The position numbers were made by a program, and so were the translations under genes. A DNA stretch of 64,000 bases from Eledone cirrhosa (Eukaryota): the NCBI GenBank assembly GCA_964016885.1, contig OZ024759.1, forward strand, positions 8,246,001 through 8,310,000, written 5' to 3'. Of the stretch, positions 42,979 through 54,400 are shown in pieces (position 1 is the stretch's first letter; every line of letters starts with the position of its first letter). The notes beneath the pieces are model-generated. The model made no database searches and was not told where the DNA came from. It was given only the letters and a program-made list of their open reading frames with translations.

Positions 42979-43138
42979 ACTCATCTTTTTCCATTTCTCC
43001 GAGGGTTATAAACCCCACTTTCAGGCTAGAAATTTCTTTAGTCTAAAATACGGTGAAAGCTTATAACTTCTAATTTCTAATTTCAAACTCGCGCACCGTT
43101 TCAAAAACATACTTACATGTTTACGTTTATAATTTGCT

Positions 43139-43200
<62 letters not shown>

Positions 43201-43272
43201 CACTCTACTACCCCAAGTATTGAGTACTTTGGTGCGTTATGGTCCACCTGGTTCCTTACCACATTTCCTTCG

Positions 43273-43345
<73 letters not shown>

Positions 43346-43429
43346 GGTGAGTATACTTATATAATGTAGAAAAGTAACACACGAGTTGATATATATAAAA
43401 ATAAACAGTAGAAAGGAAAAAGGTTTTTT

Positions 43430-44020
43430 TCCTGTAGAAAATGTTGAGATTTTTTTGTGAAATTTGAAAACAATAATTTATTTACAATCTAGGTTTCAGC
43501 ATTCAATGCATCGTCAGTTGCAGATATGCAGAATATTGTTAAGTTGCATATTTGTAAAAATAGTGAAGATAGTGATAATAACAAAAAGAGAAAAAAAGAA
43601 AATATAAAGAGGGGAAGAAAAGTTAATCTTCACATATGTTTTTCTTTCAGAGAAGAAAGTCATTTTGTCTGTCCATCCTTCTCTGCTAATGGGTTTGTTG
43701 TGACTGGAGAGGGTAGAAGCAGGAGGGGGAGAGGAGAAGAAAGAGGGGGAGAGGGGAAGAGGGTGGGGGAGAGGAGAAGAAGGAGGGGGTTGGGGTGTTC
43801 TTCTCTAATTCCTGACTGTTCTCCTGTGGCGGTGTTTTTACTACGATATTTATGTCATCTACCTAGGGTTATAGATTTGTCGTCTAATTGTTATTTAGGT
43901 TTTCCGTCCCACAATACAGATAAAGAGGTTAGCTATGTCACCTGCAATGTTAACTCCAATGTCTGCTCCCTCATCTTGGGCATATGTTTTGCCATTAAAT
44001 TTGAACATATATTCCTTAAG
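43430..44020 (-). mobile_element. Probable Penelope pLTR/3' remnant with degenerate hammerhead
   Basis: Minus strand tgcaa-CTGACGA-tgcattgaatgct-GAAACCTAG-attgta at ~43482-43524; cleavage triplet appears lost. Confidence 0.4.
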
Positions 44021-44029
44021 GATTAGTTT

Positions 44030-44450
44030 TATAGAGGCGAACTAGCTTATAGATTTAGAAGGGCCCGAGACAAGCTCAAATTAAATAGCAAGATAGTTGA
44101 AAAACCAGGTATTCCCATAAAAACCCTAATTAGCAAAACATACCCATTTCAAAAATCCCCCTGTGCCAATAGGAAATGCATAGTTTGCAAGCTAAGCCCA
44201 GAAATTAACTGCAAAACTAGGAACGTAGTATATAGCATAAGATGTACTGAGGGACAGTGTAGGAATAAGAACATAACATACATAGGTGAAACATCCCGTA
44301 GCATAGGAGAAAGGATAAGTGAACACTGGCGAGAACTCCAAGATGGGAAAAACTCATCAGTACTCCACCAAAATAGAACATAGGGGCACATTAGAGAACA
44401 TATAAAAATGATATCCACACAGAAATGATGCAATGCTCAGACAAATCACA
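44030..44450 (+). mobile_element. Penelope GIY-YIG fragment, same family as 19265-21213
   Basis: ELAYRFRRA, KTLISKTYPFQ, CKTRNVVYSIRCTEGQC, YIGETSRSIGERISEH. Confidence 0.88.
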
Positions 44451-45685
44451 TCGGGGATAGTTGCTGAGATGCCGAAGGCATCAGGGGACGTAGGCACTAA
44501 ACTAGTTGCACGCATCATCAATCAGGCTATATATGGTGGTGTCATACCCAAAGACTGATGCAGCAGTATTCTCATAAATTGCTACAAAGGTAAAGGGGAT
44601 GCTCTGGAGAGGAGCAATTATAGGGGTATAAAGGATCAGGTTATGAAACTGGCAGAAAGGATATTAGCACAACTAATTAGAGAAACGGTCAAACTAGATG
44701 AGATGCAGTTTTGTTTTGTGCCTGGGAAGAGTACAACAGATGCCCTCTTCTTGGTGAGACAATTACAAGAGAGGTTCTTAGAGAAAAATAAGCCACTATA
44801 CTTAGCCTTTGTTGACCTAGAGAAGGCCTTTGATAGGGTACCCCGATCTGTCATCTGGTGGTCCCTAAGGAAACTAGGTGTTGAGGAATGGCTTATGAGG
44901 ACAGTGCAAACTTTATACAGAGGTACTCTCAGTAAAGTGAGGAATTCCAGATACACGTAGGAGTACATCAAGGTTCGGTCCTCGGCCCGCTCTTGTTCAT
45001 TATAGTCCTCCAAGCCATAACAGAGGAGTTTAAGACTGGCTGTCCATGGGAACTTCTCTATGCTGACGATCTGGTTCTTATAGCAGAATCAGTAGAGGAG
45101 CTAGAGAATAAATTCTGGCTTTGAAAACAGCAGTTGGAAGCAAGAGGACTGAGAGTGAACCTAGCTAAGACAAAAGTGTTGCTGAGTATAAAAGAGGACA
45201 AAACTCTGATTCCGCCAGGGAAATGGCTATGTTCGATATGCAGAAAAGGAACTGGCATAAATTCTATAAAATGCACACAATGCAGATCCTGGGTACACAA
45301 GATATGTAGTGGGATAGCAGGCAAACTAACAGGTAGGGAGAAATATGTATGCAGTAGATGTACAGGGAAATTAGACAGTAGAAGTCGCATTAATAGACAC
45401 ATTTTTCAAATGCAGGCGGGTTCTATAGAAGTGGTGGATAGCTTCCGGTACCTATCATTCCACCGCAAAGTGGTCGTGGAGGTGCCACGGCAAAAAAGCA
45501 CCCAGCACTCACTGTAAAGTGGACGTGTAGGCACCACGGCAAAACAAGCACCCAGCACTCACTGTAAATGAGGTTGGTGTTAGGAAGGGCATCCAGCTGT
45601 AGAAATCAAGCCAGAATCAGCTCTCATCCCACCCTTGCAAGCAGGGAAAAGCGGACGTAAAATGATGATGATGATGATGATGATA
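44451..45685 (+). mobile_element. RTE-clade LINE RT fragment with internal deletion joined to 3'UTR
   Basis: QFCFVPGKSTTDA, AFVDLEKAFDRV, GVHQGSVLGP, LLYADDLV, Cys-rich insert; jumps at ~45455 to two 49-bp modules and a (GAT)n tail. Confidence 0.92.
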
Positions 45686-45896
45686 TATAGAAAAAGAGTA
45701 TGGACCCCGTCGGCTGAGCTCCGGCTGTTTCAACAAATTAGATCTGAACTTATCAAGCTATCGAGACGGCCGGAGCTCAACCGTCAGGGCCCATACTCTT
45801 TTCCTATTACCCACTCTACTACCCTAAGTATTGAGTACTCTGTTGCGTTATGGCCCACCTAGTATCTTACCACACCTTTGCAATATATTTTATATA

Positions 45897-46083
45897 TATT
45901 GTTTCTACTTTTGGCACAAGGCCAGCAATTACCCAGTACATTACTGGTACTTTATTTAATCGATCCCGAAAGGATGAAAGGCAAAGTTAACCTCGGCGGG
46001 ATTTGAACTCAGTCCGTAAAGGGACGTAACTCTATGCAGGAAAGCATGTCTGACCCTTTACCGATACTGTCAATCCACCGCCC
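45897..46083 (-). mobile_element. tRNA-type SINE, same family as 36479-36664
   Basis: Reverse-complement match over full length. ATATATTGTTTCT on both sides (about 13-bp TSD overlapping the tail). Confidence 0.88.
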
Positions 46084-46261
46084 ATATATTGTTTCTGAGT
46101 TAGACTATGAGATGAATGAAGGATATCTAGAGACTAGAGGTGCTGACGTAACCAGTCTCTATTAGTCAATATATTGATTTATCATCATCAACCAATCCTC
46201 TGAAACGATCGTAAAGCAATGAAGAACCTAGCTTCACCTTTTGTTTCATTTTCATTGTTCA

Positions 46262-46957
46262 AAAACACACACATACAGCTACACACACACACACACACAC
46301 ACACAGCCACACATACACACACACATCTACACATACACACACACATACAGCCACACACACACACACACAGCTACACATACATATAAGTCACTTGCAATCA
46401 CATACACACACAGACACACATACACACACACATACAGCCACACACACACACACACACACAGCCACACATACACACACACACACAGCTACACATACATATA
46501 CGTCACTTGCAATCACATACACACACAGCCACACACACACACACATACAGCCACACATACATACACAGCCACACATACACACACACACACATACAGCCAC
46601 ACACACACACAGCTACACATACATATAAGTCATTTGCAATCACATACACATACAGCCACACATACACACACACATACAGCCACACACACACATACAGCCA
46701 CACACACACATACAGCCACACACACACACACACAGCTACACATACATATAAGTCACTTCCAATCACATACACACACAGCCACACAGCTACACATACAGCC
46801 ACACACACACACATATACAGCCACACATACACACACACATACAGCCACACACAGCCACACACACACACACAGCCACACATACACACACACACATACAGCC
46901 ACATACACACACACACACAGCCACACATACACACACACATACAGCCACACACACACG
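46262..46957. repeat. CA-rich degenerate minisatellite with recurrent TCACTTGCAATCAC motif
   Basis: Direct inspection; about 120-bp higher-order spacing of the motif. Confidence 0.9.
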
Positions 46958-47228
46958 GCTATAGTTCTATGTCACGCTGTGAGGAACAATGCGTTATTTT
47001 CCCAACGTTCCCAACTTAATTGAAGTGAAAAATAACAGAAAAATGATGACAAACGGAAATATAAACCAGGCCAACAATACAGTTCTCTGGAGTTAATGAT
47101 ATACCTACTGTGTACACACACACACACACACTGTGTACACACACACACACTGTGTACACACCACACACACACACACTGTGTACACACACATTCAAAGTGT
47201 GTACGTGTGCATGTCTGCATGTGCACAC

Positions 47229-47287
<59 letters not shown>

Positions 47288-47604
47288 GATAAATCTACAA
47301 AGAGTTTACGGTAGTGTCCAATCCGTATGAAGAACTCAATGTAATCCGGATATCATGGAAAGAAGAGATGCATTCAAAAATCACTTTCGGTGAAAGATAA
47401 ACGGAATACAGAGTCAAGATAAAGTATTAAAAAAATAATGAATAAAACAATGAAACAGTTCCTTATATTAAACACACATATATATATATTCTAGTCGATC
47501 GACTTTTAGTCAAATCGGACCGAGGAAACTATGTTTCCGTTGGTTTTTCCAATTGCTAATACTATCTATCAGTCGCAAATCCAGGTAGAAGGAGCAACGT
47601 TACA

Positions 47605-47763
47605 GTAATATTATTCTGATGAAATGACAGTAAATAATAACATTGAAATATTGAATGTCTGCATAACTAATACTTTGTAGATAGCAGCTGTTTTCAGGTT
47701 ATGTAACTGTTATAGAAACACGTGTCAATAAATTCCTTTCAACTAAACTGTATCTATTCAAAT

Positions 47764-47766
<3 letters not shown>
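47605..47766 (+). mobile_element. Diverged Penelope pLTR fragment with a second copy of the long-stem-II hammerhead (47611-47731)
   Basis: Homologous to 40578-40735; CTGATGA and GAAACACGTGTC intact. Confidence 0.8.
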
Positions 47767-47842
<76 letters not shown>

Positions 47843-47869
47843 AAAATGTTCGCTCTACATGGCTGAATA

Positions 47870-48208
47870 CAATAAATGTAATCTGAGTTTTTCGAATATT
47901 AATAATTGTTTCTACTTTTGGCACAAGGCCAGCAATTACTCCCAGTACATTACTGGTACTTTATTTTACCGACCCCGTAAGGATGAAAGGCATTCGATTT
48001 GTTTGCAACTATGCAAACAAGCCTCAATTTTATAGCCATGTCAGTAGAGTGCTCTTGTGCCTGCAGTTCTGTTGGCATGCCAACACAAGAGCAAGTATGA
48101 AGGGTTCATTCTACTGACATGGCTATAAAATTGAGGCTTGTTTGCATAATTGCAAACAAATCGAATGTTATTATTAATATTCGAAAAACTCAGATTACAT
48201 TTATTATA
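47870..48208. repeat. Inverted repeat (arms ~47870-48048 and 48111-48208) with a SINE 3' fragment (~47906-47991, minus) in the left arm
   Basis: ATAAATGTAATCTGAGTTTTTCGAATATTAATAA and CATTCGATTTG...ATGTCAGTAGA are mirrored on the right. Confidence 0.8.
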
Positions 48209-48214
48209 CATATA

Positions 48215-49900
48215 TATTCTACTTGTACCAGCTTTCTGGCTGAGGCCATGCTGGGGCACCACCCTTGCTGCTTCACTTTCTATACCTGCTCTGCATTGGT
48301 TGGTCATTGATGTAGGAGGGAGTTCGTTGTTGTCGCCCTTAGGTTACCTTCAGTCCATGCTGTGGGTTCATCTGTGATCCTGGATAGCAAGGTGTCGAGA
48401 TGTTTCTGGAAAACCTCCATATCTACACCATGCAGATCTCTCAAGTTTATTGGCAGCTTATTGAAGAGTTGAGGGCCTTTAAACCCCAGGCTATTGCAAT
48501 ATCTGCTCCTTATTCTAGGTGTGAAACAGTGACGTCCTGTTTGGGGGTTGGTCCAGCTCTCAATACCAAAGTTTGGTGCTAGTCTTTCCAGGTCCTTCTA
48601 TATATATATATCACTGTGTATCTCTCCCGTCTTCATTCTAAAAGGTAGAGTTTTAGCTCTTTTAGCCTCTCCCAGTAGCTTATCTCCTTCATTGTGGCAA
48701 TCATCTTGGTGTAGCTTTGTTGAATTGCTTCAAGTTCCATGGTTAGTTTGATACTATGGGGTGACCACAGCTGTGAGCAATAGTCCAGTTAGCTTACAAC
48801 AAATGTCTTCCATAGTACCAATATCGTCTCTTGGTCTCTTGTCTTAAAAGTCCTCAAGATCCAGGCAGTGAGTTGTCTGCATGTTGTCGGCATTTTCATG
48901 ATATGTGAATGAAACAATGCATCATCATGGGGATTTGAATCCTTCCTGGTCAAGTACCACTTGTTATTAACGTTTTCCGGGCCCCGTTGACTTGCAGACA
49001 TCTTCTTTTAGGAAGTCATGAAGCCATTCACCTAGTTTTCCAGCTATGCTAAAGCTACGTAGTTTGTGACATGATCAATCTTGTTGAATAACTTCGCAAA
49101 GTCAAGTTATGTCACATCTATGTTTGAATGGTCTATCAACTGTTTGAATATCCAGTCATAATGCTGCAAGATCTGTGTAAGACAACTTCTTCCTGGGTAA
49201 AGTCATGTTAGGTGTCAGTTACAAGACCATTTTCCTTTAAAAAAGTGATCAGTCTCCTTCTGATATTTGTTGCATGACTTTACCAATATGTGAGGTCAGG
49301 GAGACAGGTCTGTAGTTTTTATCATCTGATCTGCTTCCTCCTTTATGGATAGGACATATTATGCCTTCTTTTAGTTTTCCAGGTAGTTCACCACTTGCAA
49401 GGGATCTTTGGAAGAGGATCTGCAGTGGTTTTACTAATGTTTGCTTGCATGATTTTAGGAGAATTGCTGGGAAACCATCAGGGCCAGCTGCCGAATTTGG
49501 TCTCAATTCTCCTTTGGCTGCTATTACAGCTTTTATCTTTATATCTATGTGGTTTATAGTTGCCATCTCTCTGTATAATGCAGAACTCATCTGGCTTACT
49601 TATTTGTATGTGATTCATTGGAGTTGTGAAAATATTTTTGTATTGTTCATTCAGTACCTCTTAGGGAGTCTGTGGTCAATGAGCCACTTTTATGGAAAAG
49701 TGGCTCTATCCCGTAGTGTGCTGAGGCGGTCTCTTTTACAAATTTAACGAAGGCCCTAGGGTTCGTCTTTATGTTTTTTATAGCTTTGGCTTCTCTTCTT
49801 TTCATGGGAGAGTTTGAGTTCATTTTCTTAATATTAGCACAGATTAAAAGCTTAAGCAAATCATTTCCTCTTTTCCCTGCAGTGGGATCATCTGCAACTG
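48215..49900 (-). mobile_element. CR1-group (Jockey superclade) LINE, decayed
   Basis: NSAAGPDGFPAILLK, IICPIHKGGSRSDDKNYRPVSLTSHIGKVM, WILRTFKTRD..LWKTFV; 3' end GGTGGTGCCCCAGCATGGCC. Confidence 0.85.
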
Positions 49901-50415
49901 AGATATATCAAGCTGTGGATGCAGAAGTATATATTTCAAGAAAAATTACGACCAAATAAATAGAAAACAGGAAGACATGATAGTAGTGTGTGAGGATGTT
50001 CTCTTGAGATGAGCGAGATGTATGCAAGGAGTATTTTGTCATTATGTGAAGCGGGAAGAACAAATTATTGCTATGAAAAAAAATCAAATGATCCTGCTCA
50101 GGGTGAAGACAGAAACTATTTACTTAAACTTTTAATCTGTGCTAATAATAATAAAAATAGGAACAACAACATATATATATGTATATATGTATATATATAT
50201 ATATATAAGTGTATCCTGGGTTCAATCGGGAGTAACCACAGTAAGTAAGGTACTCAATACATAGCAGAGTATACATATTTAATATAGAAATGGCTTCTAC
50301 AGGACTAGAACTGTTTCATTTTAAACCCATCAACCAATGACCTCCACCCATCCCAATCACCACCCTCTCCTACCACCAGAAAAGATATAAATATCACCAT
50401 ATTACTTGGACAGTT

Positions 50416-50466
50416 GGCTTCCTGATGATTTCTCCCGAATGAAACAGTTCTAGTCCTGTAGAAGCC
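50416..50466 (+). ncRNA. Type I hammerhead ribozyme (GUA site) in a small foldback Penelope remnant (~50275-50484)
   Basis: ggcttc-CTGATGA-tttc(tccc)gaat-GAAA-cag(ttctagtc)ctg-TA^gaagcc. All three stems can form. Confidence 0.72.
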
Positions 50467-50494
50467 ATTTCTATATTAAATATTTATATATATA

Positions 50495-50542
50495 TGTGTG
50501 TGTGTGTTTGTGTGTGACTGTGATTGTGTGTGTGTGACTGTG

Positions 50543-50588
<46 letters not shown>

Positions 50589-50670
50589 TGTGTGTGTGTG
50601 TGTGTCTGTGTGTGTGTGTGTGACTGTGTGTGTGTGTGACTGTTATTGTGATTGTGTGTGTGTGACTGTG

Positions 50671-50732
<62 letters not shown>

Positions 50733-50764
50733 TGTGTGACTGTGATTGTGTGACTGTGTGTGAC

Positions 50765-50796
<32 letters not shown>

Positions 50797-50992
50797 ACTG
50801 TGATTGTGTGTGTGTGACTGTGATTGTGTGTCTCTGTGTGTGTGTGACTGTGATTGTGTGTCTCTGTGTGTGTGTGACTGTGATTGTGATTGTGTGTGTG
50901 ATTGTGTGTGTGTGTGTGACTGTGAGTGTGTGTGTGTGTGACTGTGACTGTGTGTGACTGTGACTGTGTGATTGTGTGTGTGTGTGACTGTG

Positions 50993-51065
<73 letters not shown>
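50495..51065. repeat. (GT)n microsatellite interspersed with GACT/GATT
   Basis: Direct inspection. Confidence 0.95.
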
Positions 51066-51067
<2 letters not shown>

Positions 51068-51300
51068 AGTCTCCAGATAATCAGGTCTAGTGTGATAAGA
51101 TAGTGTGAGAGAGGAGGTAGACAGGTCAAGGTTAACAGGATGTGACACAAATCACTTCTTGATAAACAAAGTTCAGAAGTATATGTTATATAGGCTGCTA
51201 GGAAATCCTCTTGTAATTTTGTTTGAAAGTCTGTCATTGGAAATGGAAGGACATGTCTGCCCTCCTCCTCAATCATTTTAATCATCTGATCAACAATTGT
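51068..51300 (-). CDS. Candidate exon A (TIVDQMIKMIEEEG...YITYTSELCLSRSDLCHIL...IIWRL); post-NACHT winged-helix-like region
   Basis: 77 stop-free codons in unique sequence, TAG acceptor at 51302-51301, GT at 51067-51066 (weak donor). Pattern resembles L..LE..G..LV...I..S..GLSE.EL..LL of NPHP3/TEP1/NWD-type proteins. Confidence 0.55.
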
Positions 51301-51407
51301 CTATTATAATTGTACTTCATCCTTCAGACTTCTGTTTTCACTGAAAGAACAAAAAAAATATAGTTGTGTGATTTAATCGGCTGCCATGTAACAGAAGAGG
51401 ATACATT

Positions 51408-54400
51408 ATGGTGGATTGGCAGTATCGGTAGAGGGTTGGACGCCATGTTAGGGCAGTATATTGGCAGTATCGGTAGAGGGTCGGACGCCATGTTAGGGTG
51501 GTGGATTGGCAGTATCGGTAGAGGGTTGGATGCCATGTTAGGGTGGTGGATTGGAAGTATCGGTACAGGGTTGGATGCCATGTTAGGGTGGTGGATTGGC
51601 AGTATCGGTAGAGGGTTGGATGCCATGTTAGGGTGGTGGATTGGCAGTATCGGTAGAGGGTTGGATGCCATGTTAGGGTGGTGGATTGGCAGTATCGGTA
51701 GAGGGTATGACGCCATGTTAGGGCGGTGAACTGGCAGTATCGGTAGAGGGTATGACGCCATGTTAGGGCGGTGAACTGGCAGTATCGGTAGAGGGTTGGA
51801 CGCCATGTTAGGGTGGTGAATTGGCAGTATCGGTAGAGGGTCGAACGCCATGTTAGGGTGGTGGGTTGGCAGTATCGGTAGAGGGTATGACGCCATGTTA
51901 GGGCGGTGAACTGGCAGTATCGGTAGAGGGTTGGACGCCATGTTAGGGTGGTGAATTGGCAGTATCGGTAGAGGGTCGGACGCCATGTTAGGGTGGTGGG
52001 TTGGTAGTATCGGTAGAGGGTTGGACGCCATGTTAGGGTGGTGAACTGGCAGTATCGGTAGAGGGTTGGACGCCATGTTAGGGTGGTGAATTGGCAGTAT
52101 CGGTAGAGGGTCGAACGCCATGTTAGGGTGGTGGGTTGGCAGTATCGGTAGAGGGTATGACGCCATGTTAGGGCGGTGAACTGGCAGTATCGGTAGAGGG
52201 TTGGACGCCATGTTAGGGTGGTGAATTGGCAGTATCGGTAGAGGGTCGGACGCCATGTTAGGGTGGTGGGTTGGCAGTATCGGTAGAGGGTTGGACGCCA
52301 TGTTAGGGTGGTGGATTGGCAGTATCGGTAGAGGGTTGGACGTCATGTTAGGGTGGTGGATTGGCAGTATCGGTAGAGGGTTGGACGCCATGTTAGGGTG
52401 GTGAATTGGCAGTATCGGTAGAGGGTCGGACGCCATGTTAGGGTGGTGGATTGGCAGTATCGGTAGAGGGTCGGACGCCATGTTAGGGTGGTGGGTTGGC
52501 AGTATCGGTAGAGGGTTGGACGCCATGTTAGGGTGGTGAATTGGCAGTATCGGTAGAGGGTCGGACGCCATGTTAGGGTGGTGGGTTGGCAGTATCGGTA
52601 GAGGGTTGGACGCCATGTTAGGGTGGTGAATTGGCAGTATCGGTAGAGGGTCGGACGCCATGTTAGGGTGGTGGATTGGCAGTATCGGTAGAGGGTTGGA
52701 CGCCATGTTAGGGTGGTGAACTGGCAGTATCGGTAGAGGGTATGACGCCATGTTAGGGTGTGAACTGGCAGTATCGGTAGAGGGTTGGACGCCATGTTAG
52801 GGCGGTGGATTGGCAGTATCGGTAGAGGGTCGGACGCCATGTTAGGGTGGTGGATTGGCAGTATCGGTAGAGGGTTGGACGCCATGTTAGGGTGGTGGAT
52901 TGGCAGTATCGGTAGAGGGTCGGACGCCATGTTAGGGTGGTGGATTGGCAGTATCGCTAGAGGGTCGGACGCCATGTTAGGGTGTGAACTGGCAGTATCG
53001 GTAGAGGGTCGGACGCCATGTTAGGGTGTGAACTGGCAGTATCGGTAGAGGGTTGGACGCCATGTTAGGGCGGTGGATTGGCAGTATCGGTAGAGGGTTG
53101 GACGCCATGTTAGGGCGGTGGATTGGCAGTATCGGTAGAGGGTCGGACGCCATGTTAGGGTGGTGGATTGGCAGTATCGGTAGAGGGTTGGACGCCATGT
53201 TAGGGTGGTGGATTGGCAGTATCGGTAGAGGGTTGGACGCCATGTTAGGGTGGTGGATTGGTAGTATCGGTAGAGGGTTGGACGCCATGTTAGGGTGGTG
53301 GATTGGCAGTATCGGTAGAGGGTTGGACGCCATGTTAGGGTGTGAACTGGCAGTATAGGTAGAGGGTTGGACGCCATGTTAGGGCGGTGAATTGGCAGTA
53401 TAGGTAGAGGGTTGGACGCCATGTTAGGGTGGTGGATTGGTAGTATCGGTAGAGGGTTGGACGCCATGTTAGGGTGGTGAACTGGCAGTATCGGTAGAGG
53501 GTTGGACGCCATGTTAGGGTGGTGAACTGGCAGTATCGGTAGAGGGTTGGACGCCATTTTAGGGTGTGAACTGGCAGTATCGGTAGAGGGTTGGACGCCA
53601 TGTTAGGGTGGTGAATTGGCAGTATCGGTAGAGGGTTGGACGCCATGTTAGGGTGGTGGATTGGCAGTATCGGTAGAGGGTTGGACGCCATTTTAGGGTG
53701 TGAACTGGCAGTATCGGTAGAGGGTTGGACGCCATGTTAGGGTGGTGGATTGGCAGTATCGGTAGAGGGTTGGACGACATGTTAGGGTGTGAACTGGCAG
53801 TATCGGGAGAGGGTTGGACGCCATGTTAGGGCGGTGAATTGGCAGTATAGGTAGAGGGTTGGACGCCATGTTAGGGTGGTGGATTGGCAGTATCGGTAGA
53901 GGGTTGGACGCCATGTTAGGGCGGTGGATTGGCAGTATCGGTAGAGGGTCGGACGCCATGTTAGGGTGGTGGATTGGCAGTATCGGTAGAGGGTTGGACG
54001 CCATGTTAGGGTGGTGGATTGGCAGTATCGGTAGAGGGTCGGACGCCATGTTAGGGTGGTGGATTGGCAGTATCGCTAGAGGGTCGGACGCCATGTTAGG
54101 GTGTGAACTGGCAGTATCGGTAGAGGGTCGGACGCCATGTTAGGGTGTGAACTGGCAGTATCGGTAGAGGGTTGGACGCCATGTTAGGGCGGTGGATTGG
54201 CAGTATCGGTAGAGGGTTGGACGCCATGTTAGGGCGGTGGATTGGCAGTATCGGTAGAGGGTCGGACGCCATGTTAGGGTGGTGGATTGGCAGTATCGGT
54301 AGAGGGTTGGACGCCATGTTAGGGTGGTGGATTGGCAGTATCGGTAGAGGGTTGGACGCCATGTTAGGGTGGTGGATTGGTAGTATCGGTAGAGGGTTGG

